This document shows, one piece after another, positions 50,738-63,932 of a DNA stretch of 64,000 nucleotides (the stretch's first letter is position 1; each line of letters opens with the position of its first letter). The DNA is from Syncephalis fuscata S228 (lineage: Eukaryota; Fungi; Zoopagomycota). The position numbers and the translations under genes were made by a program. Where the stretch lies: positions 1 through 64,000 of the forward strand of contig JAHLTZ010000015.1 in the NCBI GenBank assembly GCA_025786725.1. The letters run 5' to 3'. The notes beneath the pieces are model-generated. The model was not told where the DNA came from and did no database searches. It worked only from the letters and a program-made list of their open reading frames with translations.

Positions 50738-53503
50738 ATGGACAACTCAGATACATCGTGGGGAGCAAACCTGGCGTCTTCAACGTCCGAGTTTCTTATC
50801 ACAGACGACGATTTTAGTAATAATCGACAATATTTGGAAAGAATGTTATCTGGAAATGCCGTTGCAGACACATTGCACACTATAAATAATATACCTGCAG
50901 ATGTTATGCAAGCATTTTTGACTAGCGCTACATCAGATGCTACCACTGCCACCACAATGGCATACGCTATTGATGCATCTACAGCTTCTCAGTTGCATCA
51001 TGACCATTCGATCATCGATTTTATGGCAAACAATGAACAAACGATGTAACAGGATTGACTCCACCTTCAAGTCACAGTTCAATATTACCATCTGCCAAAA
51101 CTGGCAAAGGACGTAAGGCTTTTGCGTGCGAAATATGCCGCAAACGCAAAGTACGTTGCGATTTACTGCGTCCCAATTGTTCAAACTGCCAGAAACGCAA
51201 TACTACCTGTGTGTACCGCAATGATTCGCCATCAGCGCGGCGTATGCTTGCTCAAGTGTCGGGCGATATTGCTGATCGACGCTTAGCATCGCGAGCATTA
51301 AGTAATAAACGATTTACTGCACGTAAAGCGAGTCGAGATGAACGTCAGGCAACGCCGCCAGAAATTACTCTTAACAATGACCAGATGCCAGTTATTCCAC
51401 TTGGCTCAACAATGGCCCCTGACTTTTGTTCTGACAATGTGATGACGACAATGAACGGTCTTAATAGTATTTATGAACCAATTTGGCTACAAAGTCCTTC
51501 AATGTCAAATGCATCATCAATGTCGTCATCGGTCAGCGGCTGTTCATCGGTATCGCCGGCACTATTTCCCGTTGGACTTGGACAGCATAGTGGCTATTAT
51601 GAACCGCTTGATTCGCCACCCAATTCACCACCACAAGATGATGCCGATGATATTTACGGAGGCGATGCTAGCCTGCAATTTGCCACAGCAAAACACTCGC
51701 CCAGTGCTTCTTTGTATATGGATTTACCACCAGATCTTGTACAACATTTGGTGACAGTTTATGTCACTGAAAACACGTTTCAAATTGCTTATTTTACTGT
51801 GGGATGGCTACAAAAAGAACTGCTTAAAGGCGGTACAAGCCATGCACTTACCTACGCAATGATGTCATTAGCTTGCCGTAGCAATGGAGCAATGCTTAGC
51901 GGTATTGATACGGTTGCTCTGGAGACTGCCATGACCAATCGTGCGGCCGATATATTGGCAAAAGACACGAGTATGCCTAGCTTGTCGACTGTACAAGCAT
52001 CACTGATGTTGCAAGTGATACACATTTGTAAGGGTAATTCGGCTGCAGCCGGTAGATACCACTACAAAAGTTTAAAGTATGTAGCGATCGGATACAATAT
52101 GTGCATTTATATTAATTGATTAATTAATTACTTTATATACTAGATTGCTACAACTATTAGATCTCAATACACCGCTAGAGTCGGATTACGATTCAAATAT
52201 CACCGAAGGCCATCCCGACTGGGACGAGATGGAGACCCGCCGTCGTGTATGGTGGATGGCCTATATGCTTGATAGATGTATATCGGTGGCCACAGGCAAT
52301 CCGTCCTATCTTGATCATAAACACTCGCGTATTCTATTTCCGGATGACGATGTTGATCTAGAACAAGGAACGGCCGGCACAGACGAGCATACAAGTACTG
52401 AATATCAAGACACGGCAAAAAAAGCCGGCCCATTTAACTGGCGGGCACGTGTCTTGCAGTTGATTGAACTGCAAAGTGAAGCTATACAAGTTAGCAATCA
52501 ATTGCGCGATAGTCCACCAGATATGGATAAAGAAGTGCTTCGCCAGAGACTTCATCAAATTGCGTTGACTTTTAATCGATTGGGCGGCCGAGAGAAAAGC
52601 CTTGAAACTATGGATCGTGTTCGTCGCATTACAGCCCGTCTGGCATATCTACCTGACAGCGATAATGGAGTACGTGCGCTCAAGGCGTACAAGGTATTAT
52701 TTCGTACATTTGCACACTGTTTGCATCGTACGCTGCAAATTATCATTGGCCGTGCACAAATGTCTCTTCTTGACCTGGACTCATCTGGTAATAGTGCAAA
52801 TCTACCCAAGCAAGGCAATAATTTGACAGCTCTATTTGCCAATCGTGTCGATATAGAAATCCGTGAAAGCATTGTCCAAGCAGCCGTAGAGATTGCAGAG
52901 CTAACCCGTCTAATACCTAATGATTTATTATTTTGTACAAATGCATTTCATTCATTTAACGTTGGCATGGCTGGATTTGTTTTCAACGATGTAGCTAATG
53001 CGCCAGATAATGATAGACGCCATCAATGGCCTGGTATTAGCCGTGGTGATGCCGTTTATCATATGGAGTCGCTGGTTTCTTGTCTTGACATAATGTCCAA
53101 TTGGTACAAAACACTTACTTCACGCCGAGACATGTTAAAGGTATTGCTGTTTAAGGCACAGGCGCGATTATCGCCATCGTTGTTCGGCGATCTTGCATCG
53201 CAAGAGATTCTAAAAACCATGCCACCAATTATGGATAACACTATGCGTTCAAGTCGAGTTGTCGTTTCTATGGCCACACCAAAATTAACAACACTGTCAT
53301 TGGCATCGACGTCATCCGTACAAGCTTACCCTTCAATAGGTATGCCAATTGACGAGAATTCAATTATTTATCGACCAGCTCATTGGGACAGTAATCAACT
53401 AGCAACAACAACCATCAATACCGTTAAATCTGAACAAGAAATAACACCTCCACCAGAAGTTAATAGCAATTACCAATATAGTTATAATATTACATCACGG
53501 TAG
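50738..53503 (+). CDS. Zn(II)2Cys6 transcription factor 5; intron 52077-52143, apparent frameshift near 51040
   Basis: ACEICRKRKVRCDLLRPNCSNCQKRNTTCVY; ETRRRVWWMAYMLDR. ORF 50738-51049 joins the 51055 ORF if one A is restored in CAAACGAT. Confidence 0.88.
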
Positions 53504-53984
53504 AGGCATATTTGACGACCTATATGTATACATATATACATCATCATCACCACCATTATTGTCACCGCCATTATTATTATTATCAGCATCGTTTATACAA
53601 GTACCATTGTCTTGTTTGTGTTTTCTACGTATGGTACTGCTATTGTTGCCATTATAATTATATCGTTTATTTTACTTTAATACACTTACTGATTCTCTTT
53701 CATGCCTTCCTCCCTCTTCCCTTTACATCTACTTAAAGATGTTGTCATTTGTCATACCTTTTTTCTTTCGCTAAACCACCTTTTTCATTTTCTGCAAAAT
53801 ATATGTATTACTCTTTTCGGCATTCAAGTGTAGCACTGCTTATGTTTGTTCGTTTGCTTATGCACACTGCCTTCCATAGCACAATAAATGATTTACAACT
53901 CTATTTAGCAATGCACTAATAAATAGTCACTATGGAAAAATGAATTGTCTAATAGGTAGAAATGCAAATGAATTAAATTTATCG

Positions 53985-55440
53985 AAATACACCGTTTGAA
54001 AAATTTACCAAATGTCTATCAAACTATTTAAAGAAGCTATATTTAATAGTATTGAAGAACTGAGGCAGCTGTTGACGAGTTTAAGCTTGTTAACAATTGC
54101 AATTTTAAGAGGAAAAATAGTGATTTAGCAAAATTACAGCTTATTTGTTTTCATGAAGACCGTTCCAGCAACAAATGTCAGTTTGTTTTAACTGCCAGAA
54201 AGCATAAAACTGACCTAGTAAAGATTTTTCAATGCAATCTTGAGCATTTTAATGACTGTCCATATAACACGGGTAATGGTACTATTAAATCTATTAATAA
54301 ATATATTACAAATGATGTTGCTACATTCTCAAATGTAAAATTAAAAGATGTTCAAGTAAAAGCACTGGATACATATTTAATTATTTAATATACATTGACA
54401 ACTGTAATAGTTCAACATGAGTTGATATTTCTTATTACAAAGCTTGATCTGCTCTTAATTTAATGAAAAAAGATATTCACAGCAATATTAACTCTTTTCA
54501 TTTATTAAAATTACCTTATCAAATTCGAACATTTTAATCCTAACTCTGTTCAGCTCTTTTCGCCAAACCAGTCTGGTAATTTTGAAAGTGCGTTTTTATG
54601 TCCTTCATCATCTATTAAAGCTTACCAGTATATTTGTAAAGTGCGGATAATTGATGGCAGCCATTCGAAAGCTTCTTATGCCGGTGTTGCTCTTGCTGTA
54701 GCTGTTTAAGATGGAAATAACAATATTTTCCCTTTGGCTATTACTATAGTATTTTATGAAAATGAAAACAACAGTGTCTTAAACATTTATTAGATTCAAT
54801 ACTTGAAATAAGTATTCACAAGCTCAAGGATTGTTATCTAGTAATACCTATTTGCTGTATAAATCAACATTAACTGACATCAATGATTATATAGTTGAAA
54901 TTATTCTAATACCAAATTTCAAATTAAAACTACTAATTTTGAAGAATTGTGGTTTTTTATTAAACGATTTTATTAATAAATCTTACATCATTGATTATTT
55001 AAGCAAATTATCTGCTCCAGATATTTGTCCGGTTGAAATAGAATCAATTACTGCAGATATTTTGTGTTTGTCACCGAAAATAACAAAGAAAGCCAGTAGA
55101 CCAAAAGTTGAAAGAACTGTATGTTATAATGAAGCTTTGAAAGCCACCCAACGATATACTTGTTGCAATTGTAGCTTAAAAGGACACAATACAAGAACAT
55201 GCTCTGTAAACACAAGCATGAATAACATTGAAACAAACATCTTTATTGAAGAGCAAATGCAAAATACTAATAAAACAGCTATAAAGAAAAGAGAGCGTGT
55301 TATTAAAGAATGTTTAATTTGTGGTAAACGCCATCACAAGAAAACAAAGTGTGGAGCAAACAAACATGATTTTCTTTATTAAATAAATTTAATAATTTAA
55401 AGAGGGATTTATTATGGTGAAATTTAAAACAATGTATTTT
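53985..55440 (+). mobile_element. Decayed Mutator/MULE DNA transposon (transposase pseudogene)
   Basis: About 54647-54742 translates IIDGSHSKASYAGVALAVAV*DGNNNIFPLAI, the MULE core motif with a stop. Downstream is RPK...CCNCSLKGHNTRTC, a CCHC knuckle. Weak inverted similarity between 53985-54010 and 55415-55440. Confidence 0.8.
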
Positions 55441-55499
55441 TCTAATTAAAATTGCCCATTAAAATATTATTTATTATTATTAGTAGTACTAATTGATTA

Positions 55500-56884
55500 T
55501 TAAATGTGGGTTTGGGTCGATGGTATAGTAAGCGAACTTATAAATTGATCAATTTCCGCGGCTATTATCGTTGTAATAAGTATTATTAAATAGCATAGAA
55601 TTGTATATCAACACTTACCGACAATATCGGGTCTTTCTTGCGCCATCATATGTCCCAACTCTTTCAATATTACAGATTTGCCATTGACGCATTGCTTGGT
55701 AATTGTCTGAATCACGTCTGGTAAACTATTATAAAGTGTTATTAATATGCTTATAGAAATGCTGTAAATACTTACTTGATATTTGACTTAGTTGAGCCTA
55801 TAAACAATACAGGTATTTTAATTTTAGATAAGCTTTCAAAACTACTATAAAGTAAATGTTTGCCACTTAAATATCCCTCCTAAAATTAGTATTAGATCAT
55901 TTGTTATACAATAACGCTTTTTATCACTAACCGATTCTGCTTTTGGAGGCATTTTAAGAGTAAGATGCGCATCTGGATCTACTTCCCGCAACCCATATTG
56001 CTAATAATAATAATTAATCAATATTACAGTTAGCCTATTATTAATTCATTATACAAGTCACCTACAATATACGCATCTAGTGCATCGTTATCCCAGTCAG
56101 CGTACATTCCTCGGCCAAAAAAGTGCTTGCGAGCCATCTCGCTATTATAACTATTAATCAAATACGGCTGCTACAAACCATTCGTCAACTTACCGATTAG
56201 ACCAGTTGGCACGGCGATTTTTGACCATATTAGCAAGATTATCAAGAATTGCAGCTGTGTTGTTTTTTGGAACAGCTGACGGTTCTTTGTGTAAATCAAT
56301 GGTGGACAAAACAGGATCAATAGCAATAATTGCGCTAAATGTGCCTGGATAGGTTGCTTCGGCTAATAAGCTATTTAATAAAGGTAAGTTGTGTATCTTG
56401 TAATTGTTTCTATTACTAACAGTCCTGTTGCACCAGCAGAATGTCCAATACCAATCAAAGGTTTTTGTTGGTTGCTAATATTTAACGATTTTAAGAGGGC
56501 AAGCGTATCTTCACTGTAATCTTTGAAAGCCACTAATAAAATTGCATTAGTATTTTTTACTCATTTTTTAACTGTTACTCATTTACCGGTTGTTGCTTTG
56601 CCATTTTCAAATAATGGCGAGTTCGCAACACTGCTATCCCCATGGTTGCGCAAATCCATAGCAAGTGCTTCTCCATCAACCAAACTTATATGACGCAGCA
56701 GCGGTTCATACACTTCTTTACATAGGCCCGTGGCATGCGACACAAGCAGTGTACAGTTTTTTGGCTTCTTAGTTGAAGCAGCTTTACTTGGCTCCTTAAG
56801 CTGCAATAGGTAGCGACGGTAGGCTAGTCGCAGGTGCGGCTCTGCAGCAGCGGCAAATTTAACGGGCGATACTTTGGTAAGCAT
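55500..56884 (-). CDS. Alpha/beta hydrolase (Abhydrolase_6 / Lpx1-like); multi-exon
   Basis: HATGLCKEVYEP, DLRNHGDS, nucleophile elbow IGIGHSAG, IAIDPV, C-terminal GHMMAQERP. Confidence 0.88.
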
Positions 56885-58540
56885 AGTAATAACAAACAAT
56901 AGCTAAATAGCTGAGTAGCTAGCCGCAAAATGAACACTATTAGTCGATATACAAGTTATAGATGCGAAAACCACGGATGCTAATGCTGCCCTTATATCTG
57001 CATTGGCTTAATTAAGACACCGCTCGTTGGCTTATCAATGATCAGTGATCCATCCTATTTTGTGCCCTGATCTTTCCCATCATAAATTATATTACCGTTT
57101 GAGGTAATGCTTCACATCCCCAATTCAATAGAATTACCAGACTTTTGCCAGACGCACTTTATGCTCGTGATGCAATGTTTATGTTGTTAAAAATAACGCA
57201 CATATCATACCGTATTCATTCACACACACAAGACCTTGACTTTTTTTAAAAACTAGTGTTAATCACTATATTTTATTAAATAAAAATATTGGAAAACAAG
57301 GAATAAAATATGGCTAACAATTATAACCGGGTTGCGGAGTGTAAACACTGATGGTGTGAGTTGGCGTTGATTTGTGTGGTCGAAAATACGCTTTTAATTA
57401 ACTACTGTTATCAATAGATGGTGTTGAGAACGCAACGCAAAGTATTATTAAATTTTACTCTGTTGCACTGCACAAGGCCTTGACAGTCAGGCAATTGCCA
57501 TGAATTAATTGTCTTATTTAGTAACTATGCTTTATACAATACATGATAAACAAATCTTATTTCAACCAAACGCGTAATAAACTACATCATACCGCGTGAC
57601 TAATTACAATCTGCTAGCTATATAGCAACTAACAAATAGCAAATTTTAATAAAACAATAATTTATTTATAAAATCGATTGTCTTTTGGTGCTACTTTATT
57701 CTAACAGTTTATGTTAGTAAAAATATTATGGAATAGTGCCAGATGGGTTAAAAGCTGACTTGTAGGTAGGGAGTGACATCAAAACAACTAACCAAAGTAT
57801 ATAACGAAAACCAAATAAAACACACAATAAATGACTTAAATTTCTAAACATGTGATAGTATACTAATATATCATTTGGAAATAATTAATAGTATTTTATT
57901 AAATTGCTCAAAGGAGGACTTGGGCTTTTTTCCGTAATAAGCTTCCATTTAATCTCTCAAGCAAATTCAAACAGTTCTACTCTGTAGATGGGACAAATAT
58001 AATAAAAATAGCGGCATTTAAATAATTTTACAAAGCTGAAAAAACCAGGGAAAAAGAGAGCTATGACGAAATAAAAGATAAGAACACAAATTAGAATTCA
58101 ACAATCTATTTTTATTTTATTTGATCAAATGGAGCAACACTTTGTCGTGTGTGTTGTCAAAAATGCTTTCCAGGCTAAGCAAGTTATATTTTTGTTCAAG
58201 CTGGTTTAGCCGCCACGTCTTTACGCAGGTTGGCCTAACAGCACTACGTTAAGGCTATAATCATTAGATAATATTCGGTGTCGAATATCGATCTATCGAT
58301 TAAGTCCCAGCTGCTTGTCGGATCGGAGAAGCCGACCATAAGCCTTACCCTTTATTTTAATAAAAAATACCTTTCTTTGTTTACTTCATGTATAATTTAC
58401 ATTATTACAACTGCATTTGAAGCTATTGAACTGTTAAATCTATAGCTCCATAATGGGGGCAAATGACAAGACATGATTAAATAAAATAAAGACCAAGATT
58501 AACAGAACTACTATAAAAAGGTCGTTTATTAAACAGCCAC

Positions 58541-58624
58541 TTCCCCTATAGCCAATCTGACTAAATAAATGGCATTTTGGACAATTAATATCATAATGAC
58601 AATGTATATACTAAAGCAATAATA
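58541..58624. repeat. ~84-bp dispersed repeat, copy 2 (copy 1 at 15237-15318)
   Basis: Direct sequence match to copy 1. Confidence 0.85.
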
Positions 58625-58767
58625 TAGGTAGGCAATTAAAAAATTAACTAGTTAACTAAATAGCTTAATAAAACCGATTTAAAGGATTAAATTGGTGCAA
58701 TAGTGAAAAAAAGGATTCAAAGTCTAATAGCTCCTAATCTTTGGTTTTATTTTATTACAAGAATAAT

Positions 58768-60335
58768 ATGACAGCCGAATCGTCGCCGTTTTTCATACTA
58801 CGCGGTCATGAGGCTCAAATAACATCACTAGCATTTAATAAAGAGAATAGTCAGCTTTATTCGGGGTAGGAGAAAACGAATGACGGACGCAAAGCTATAC
58901 TTATGGCAGCAATGTAAAATATAGTGACGTTGATGGAGACGTAGTAGTTTGGGATCTACGTAGTAGACGGCCCCTTCGGCATATGCATGTTCATACCGGA
59001 GGTGTTCTTTGTGTTGCAAGTTTGGGTGTTGATTATTTATTTACGTAAGTATACACTAGTGCGCATGTATTTATAAAAAATAGTTTAATGATACGGCTTA
59101 GCCATGGTCGTGATCGTCGTGCCTGTATATGGCGATTAATAGACGAAATAACTGCCAAGGAGGCGATTGCTACAGGGAGACGTACGGCGCCGCCACAGTT
59201 AATTCGGCAAGTAGCCGTCAACGATACAAACTTTTGCAAGGCCTCTCTACTATGTTTAGCGCCATCCTCTACCGCAGGTTTGTAATATCACTAAATGTAC
59301 TCGTTTATTTATTGTGAATGATTAGATACAACATTGCCTTTATGTATTATGGCAGCACCGGCCGTATCTCATCACGATAAAGTATATTACTATTATTTAT
59401 CAGTTGGCAATTGAAAATTTATTAAATCAAGTAGATTGATGTGTACTGTTTAAAGACTGAACAAAAGCTATGCACTATCGGTGAAATAGAGGCTAAAACG
59501 GGTAAGACGCTATTACTTCTGATAGATGATATGTTGAATAGCTGCTTTATAGGCGTGTGTATGGCGCTGAGTTTGCTTAATAAGCAACAGCAAGCATTTA
59601 CGTCGGATGCCAGTGCATCTAGTCTATTACAGTATAGCTATTTGCTGGCTGGCTATGAAGATGGCAGTGTTATTGCATGGATGTGGTCCGATACAGCTGA
59701 ATCCACCATATCACAGATGGCATGGCGTGTCTCTGTTTATAAAGAACCTAGTAAGTAATTTGGCATGTTTTTGTTTATTAATTCAGCTCACTTTTTATCT
59801 AAAAGTCATGGCACTTTGCGTAAATCCAGTAAGCCATGTTGTTTACGTAGGCTCAGCAGAGGACCGTATTGGATGCATTCAGTACTCATTGGATCAAGCA
59901 TTGTTTGATGGCAAGCCTGCAGTGTCATATACGAGAATAAAGAATATCAACGGTGTATCGGATGTAGTTTGTCGAGCTGAGCTTGAAACAGTAGCATTTG
60001 CTGGCTGGAATGGCATGCAAGTAGAATTACCAGAACTTTATTATTTATTAACATTTTTATTTAGAATATATTTGTTTAATAATGGAAATACAAAACAGCC
60101 AAGTACTCCGCTAATTTATCATAGAGGCAGCGTAAGTGCATTGGCCATGACTACCTGCCGTTCTACATTGCCATCTAGCGAGGATGGGTTTTCAACATCT
60201 TCTGTGCAGATCAAGCCACGTAGCCAACTTTTACAACGCTCCATCACACGCCAACAAGTCGATCAAACCATGTTGGCAAGTGGCGGGCGTGATGGTCGAA
60301 TAGCACTTTGGCCACTGAATAAAGACTACTGTTAA
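58768..60335 (+). CDS. WD40-repeat protein, ASA1/GNB1L-like; multi-exon
   Basis: PFFILRGHEAQITSLAF, GDVDGDVVVWDLRSRR, HGRD, NFCK, GVCM, LLAGYEDGSV, LIYHRGSV, LASGGRDGRIALW. Confidence 0.8.
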
Positions 60336-60403
60336 AGTGTTGCTTGTGCACATACACCTGAGCCGTTTTATATTGTTACTTTACTTTGCTTTTGCTAAAC
60401 ACG

Positions 60404-61413
60404 ATGTTGAGTGACATAATCTCCACTAGCTTAATAGCGCCCGGTATCTATTTGGGCAGGTATGTAGCTAGTGCAATGAGAAATGAAATAAATAGAACGG
60501 CTGTTAAATTATCTGCAGCCAGTTTGCGGTTCGTGATGCTGAAGAGCTAGACAAGATGGGAATTACGCATATTGTACAGGTTACGCACTTTAAGGAAGGA
60601 GTCCACCGCGATGTATGTGTGCTAGTAGAGCGTATTTAGTATCAATACTCATACTTTAAGCAGCAATTTCAATATTTTGTAATTACAGTGCAAGACCGAC
60701 CGGCTACCAATTTGATTCAGTATTTTAACGATACATTTACATTTATTGAAGATTGTATTAGTCAAGGAGGCAATGTATTGGTTCACTGGTAAGTATTGTA
60801 AAGTATGGCAAATAGTTAGCAAATTAATACTTATAGTGTAAACCATTAGTATGGCTGGAATATCGAGAAGCGCCACCATAGTGATTGCTTATCTAATGCG
60901 TAAACATCAATGGACAACATTGGCGGCAATGGAAACTGTACGCAGTTCGCGGAAAATCATTAGGTAAATACAATTGGTTAGATCAGTATTGATGCTTATA
61001 CATTTAGACTAGACCCAATTTTGGATTTTGTCGTCAGTTGGAGCTGTATGAGCGTCTTGAATGGACTGTTGATATAACATCGCCACTCTATCAAGAATGC
61101 TTAGACTGGTGTGAGCGGCCGGACAACAACTCACATGTAGACTTTCGCGAGCGAAGACAAACAGAAAAGTCCGTAAAAAGCATATTTAAGATTATAGCAC
61201 AATATTTTAACTAAAACATTATACAGACAAGTTGCCACGCTTGTTTCTAGCTATGATAGCAAAACTGAAAGGCTAGTGCTTGATGATGATGCTGATGAAG
61301 ATATTGTATTTGATGTTGAAAAAGCTAATGATAAGGCAAGTATTACACATTTTTATATATTTGAATTATACCAACCATCTATATATATATAGATGATGGC
61401 CGATGAAGCTTAG
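60404..61413 (+). CDS. Dual-specificity protein phosphatase; multi-exon
   Basis: IAPGIYLG, GITHIV, VLVHC|MAGISRSATIVIAYLM (HCX5R split by an intron), PNFGFCRQL. The 3' exons are less certain. Confidence 0.88.
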
Positions 61414-61704
61414 CTGTCAAGTGTTTATTAAATAAATAGATATACTGACAATATATCACTAAGTTAATAGCATGCTTAGTATTATATTATCGATGATATC
61501 CATAAATATGCTTGCTCTTTTTTAGTAGAACCAAGTACTAATATAAACATGTTATTTTCCAATTATTTTATATTTAAGCAACCATAAACTACTCCATGCT
61601 TCTTCTGTAACAAATAATATACAATGGTTTTAATAATCATATACGCTAAATCTCTAATCATATTATTACACGATTAAAAGCGTTTATTTCATGTTATCAA
61701 AAGT

Positions 61705-62304
61705 TTAGTAAGGTCTGCCCGTATTATTCACTTTGTGCTTGTCATCTTTCTTATGATTCTGATGGTTGGCAATTAGACCGCCGGCTACTGCACCCAATAT
61801 ACCGACACCTGCAGCGATGGCGACCGCACCACCTACGCCAATACCCGAAGAGTGTTTCTCCTCCTCTTCCTGCTGCTGCTGTTGTTGGACGTAAACGGTC
61901 TCTTCGCTATAGCCGCTATAGCCGCTATTAGTGTAGCTATTGTTTGGTGGTGGTGGGTTTGTTAAGTTTTGTGGCATGTTGCACTGATTTTCATATGACG
62001 GAGGTCCACAGTCATGATGTTGCTGTGGTGGTGGCTGATATTGTTGTGGCGGAGGTTGATACTGCTGTGGTGGTGGTTGATATTGCTGTGGCGGAGGCTG
62101 ATACTGTGGTGGTGGAGGCTGGTATTGTTGTGGTGGCGGATAAGAAGGATAACCTTGCTGGTAGCCCTGTTCTTTCTGGGCATAGAAAGCTGGGCGTGGA
62201 TCCTCCCAGGTGCGGTATTGTGTAAGTGTATTGGTGAAGAAAAGACGCTGTTCACGGTCGTCGTACTGGCTGGTCCAGTCGGGTGGCAATGGGCGGCTTT
62301 CCAT
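61705..62304 (-). CDS. WW-domain protein with (PPPQQYQ)n repeats and a Gly/Ala-rich hydrophobic segment (Wwm1-like architecture)
   Basis: LPPDWTSQYD...FFTN...TWEDP; 21-nt tandem repeats at about 62020-62135; GVGGAVAIAAGVGILGAVAGGLIA. Confidence 0.8.
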   Translation of the reverse strand: MESRPLPPDWTSQYDDREQRLFFTNTLTQYRTWEDPRPAFYAQKEQGYQQGYPSYPPPQQYQPPPPQYQPPPQQYQPPPQQYQPPPQQYQPPPQQHHDCGPPSYENQCNMPQNLTNPPPPNNSYTNSGYSGYSEETVYVQQQQQQEEEEKHSSGIGVGGAVAIAAGVGILGAVAGGLIANHQNHKKDDKHKVNNTGRPY

Positions 62305-63119
62305 GATAGAAACTAAGATAAAGACTCAAACAATAGAACAAGACGAAAAAATGAAGCAAAAAAGAAAGATGTAGATACGGCCGGCAACGGGACAGATGCT
62401 GCTGCTTTAATAAGGCGGAAACGGTATGGCGTCGATATCATTGCTGCAATCGTCACATCCTGTATCTTTACAGCTAAATAAGATAAAAATAGATTGATGG
62501 GGCACCAATAAATCACTATTCCTCCAATCTTGGCATTGTTCTAACTGATATTTATTTTTCCACACCTTGATCAAGATATACACGTGTCGCACTAGTCTAT
62601 CAACGTATTATTTAGTCTATTGTTGCAATGGCTTACGTTTATTTTGTGTTTTATAATTTGTATAGTACTTTATATCTACTATACTAGCAAAAACCTTTCT
62701 TTCATTATATTAAGTAGAATTAAAAATATATAAAACAAAACACGAATAAAACAAATGCTACCCCTTTAATTGTGATATTTTTTGCATGACCACGAGAACG
62801 ACAACGGAGCAAAGTGCAAAAGAACTCAAACAGCAGAGAGATAAAGTTGTGCGTGGCAGTATCAATTATGCAAAATAATATACAATATACATTTATTAGT
62901 GTGATAACACTAACATAAATAAATACATGAAATCTAAAGACTATTATAAATTACTGTTACAAACGCTGTATCCAGTAATAATTACGATTACGATGTTGAT
63001 GAATACGCCGTTTTTGTAATGCGTAGTGCTTTCATTCACTTTATTATATCTAAACAAAACATGCAAAGGCACCATTGATAAAGAATAACATATACATATA
63101 TTCATTGGTAGGCAAATAG

Positions 63120-63440
63120 CTACACTCTGCGTGTAAGAAGACCCAGTTCCGTCTCCTCTAGAATAAATTCGTCAAACGAATTGGCATATCGTGTTCGGTT
63201 TTCTTGTCGAAGCAGCTCTTCATTACTACCATGCTCGTCCTCATCACTAGCATAAGAGTTCCTACGAGCACGACGGGCATACTGTGCCCATAATTCTCTA
63301 CCAAAGCAAGTGCCACAGCATATGCACCACACTAGGGCAGACAGCAATATAAAGCCGCTAAGTAGTCCTACTAGTATCAGCGCTGTCATATCATCCGTTG
63401 TTAGGGGATGATTTTCATTTTTATCAGACGCTGGTGGCAT
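63120..63440 (-). CDS. Small single-pass membrane protein of unknown function
   Basis: One hydrophobic helix ALILVGLLSGFILLSALVW followed by Cys-rich CICCGTC, a basic patch and an acidic tail. Confidence 0.6.
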   Translation of the reverse strand: MPPASDKNENHPLTTDDMTALILVGLLSGFILLSALVWCICCGTCFGRELWAQYARRARRNSYASDEDEHGSNEELLRQENRTRYANSFDEFILEETELGLLTRRV

Positions 63441-63932
63441 GATAGCTTGCTTTATATAGATAGACAAAAAGACGGCAAAACCTATGTTGAAGATGGAAAA
63501 AAGACCTTAAGAACAACGGTCATTCAGCAAGTAAAAAGTAAAGAAGCAGAGCAATCTAAGAACCCAATTTGGTCGATGTACAAGAAATAGATTTAATTTT
63601 TTATTGTCATAATATAGTATTGTTTTTACAAGCAACTAATGCACAGCAGCTGCTATTGTGTGTTATACTACCCTTTCCGTCTTATGTTATCCAAGTTATG
63701 TAACAAACTGGGCGCTGTATGCTCGTTTAAACAAGCTTTGGATATAATAGTGTAAAGTAAATTTGTAGAATAAAGAAAATAAATACCCGCCCAAAAATAC
63801 ACTCTTCCCTGTTACACTACCAACAACATAGTCATATTCCTGTAACTGTATTTCCTTTTGTTAGCTGCTTACAATTCCGTTTATTGTTTCAATCAACACA
63901 ACAGCAACAACAATAACATATAGCTATTAATA

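Noticed and set aside
24862-53503. Secondary-metabolite gene cluster
   Set aside because: No PKS, NRPS, terpene synthase, tailoring enzyme or transporter lies among the TFs.
54831-55382. 183-aa ORF as a functional host zinc-finger gene
   Set aside because: TTG start, and it continues from a stop-containing MULE core, so it is the tail of the dead transposase.
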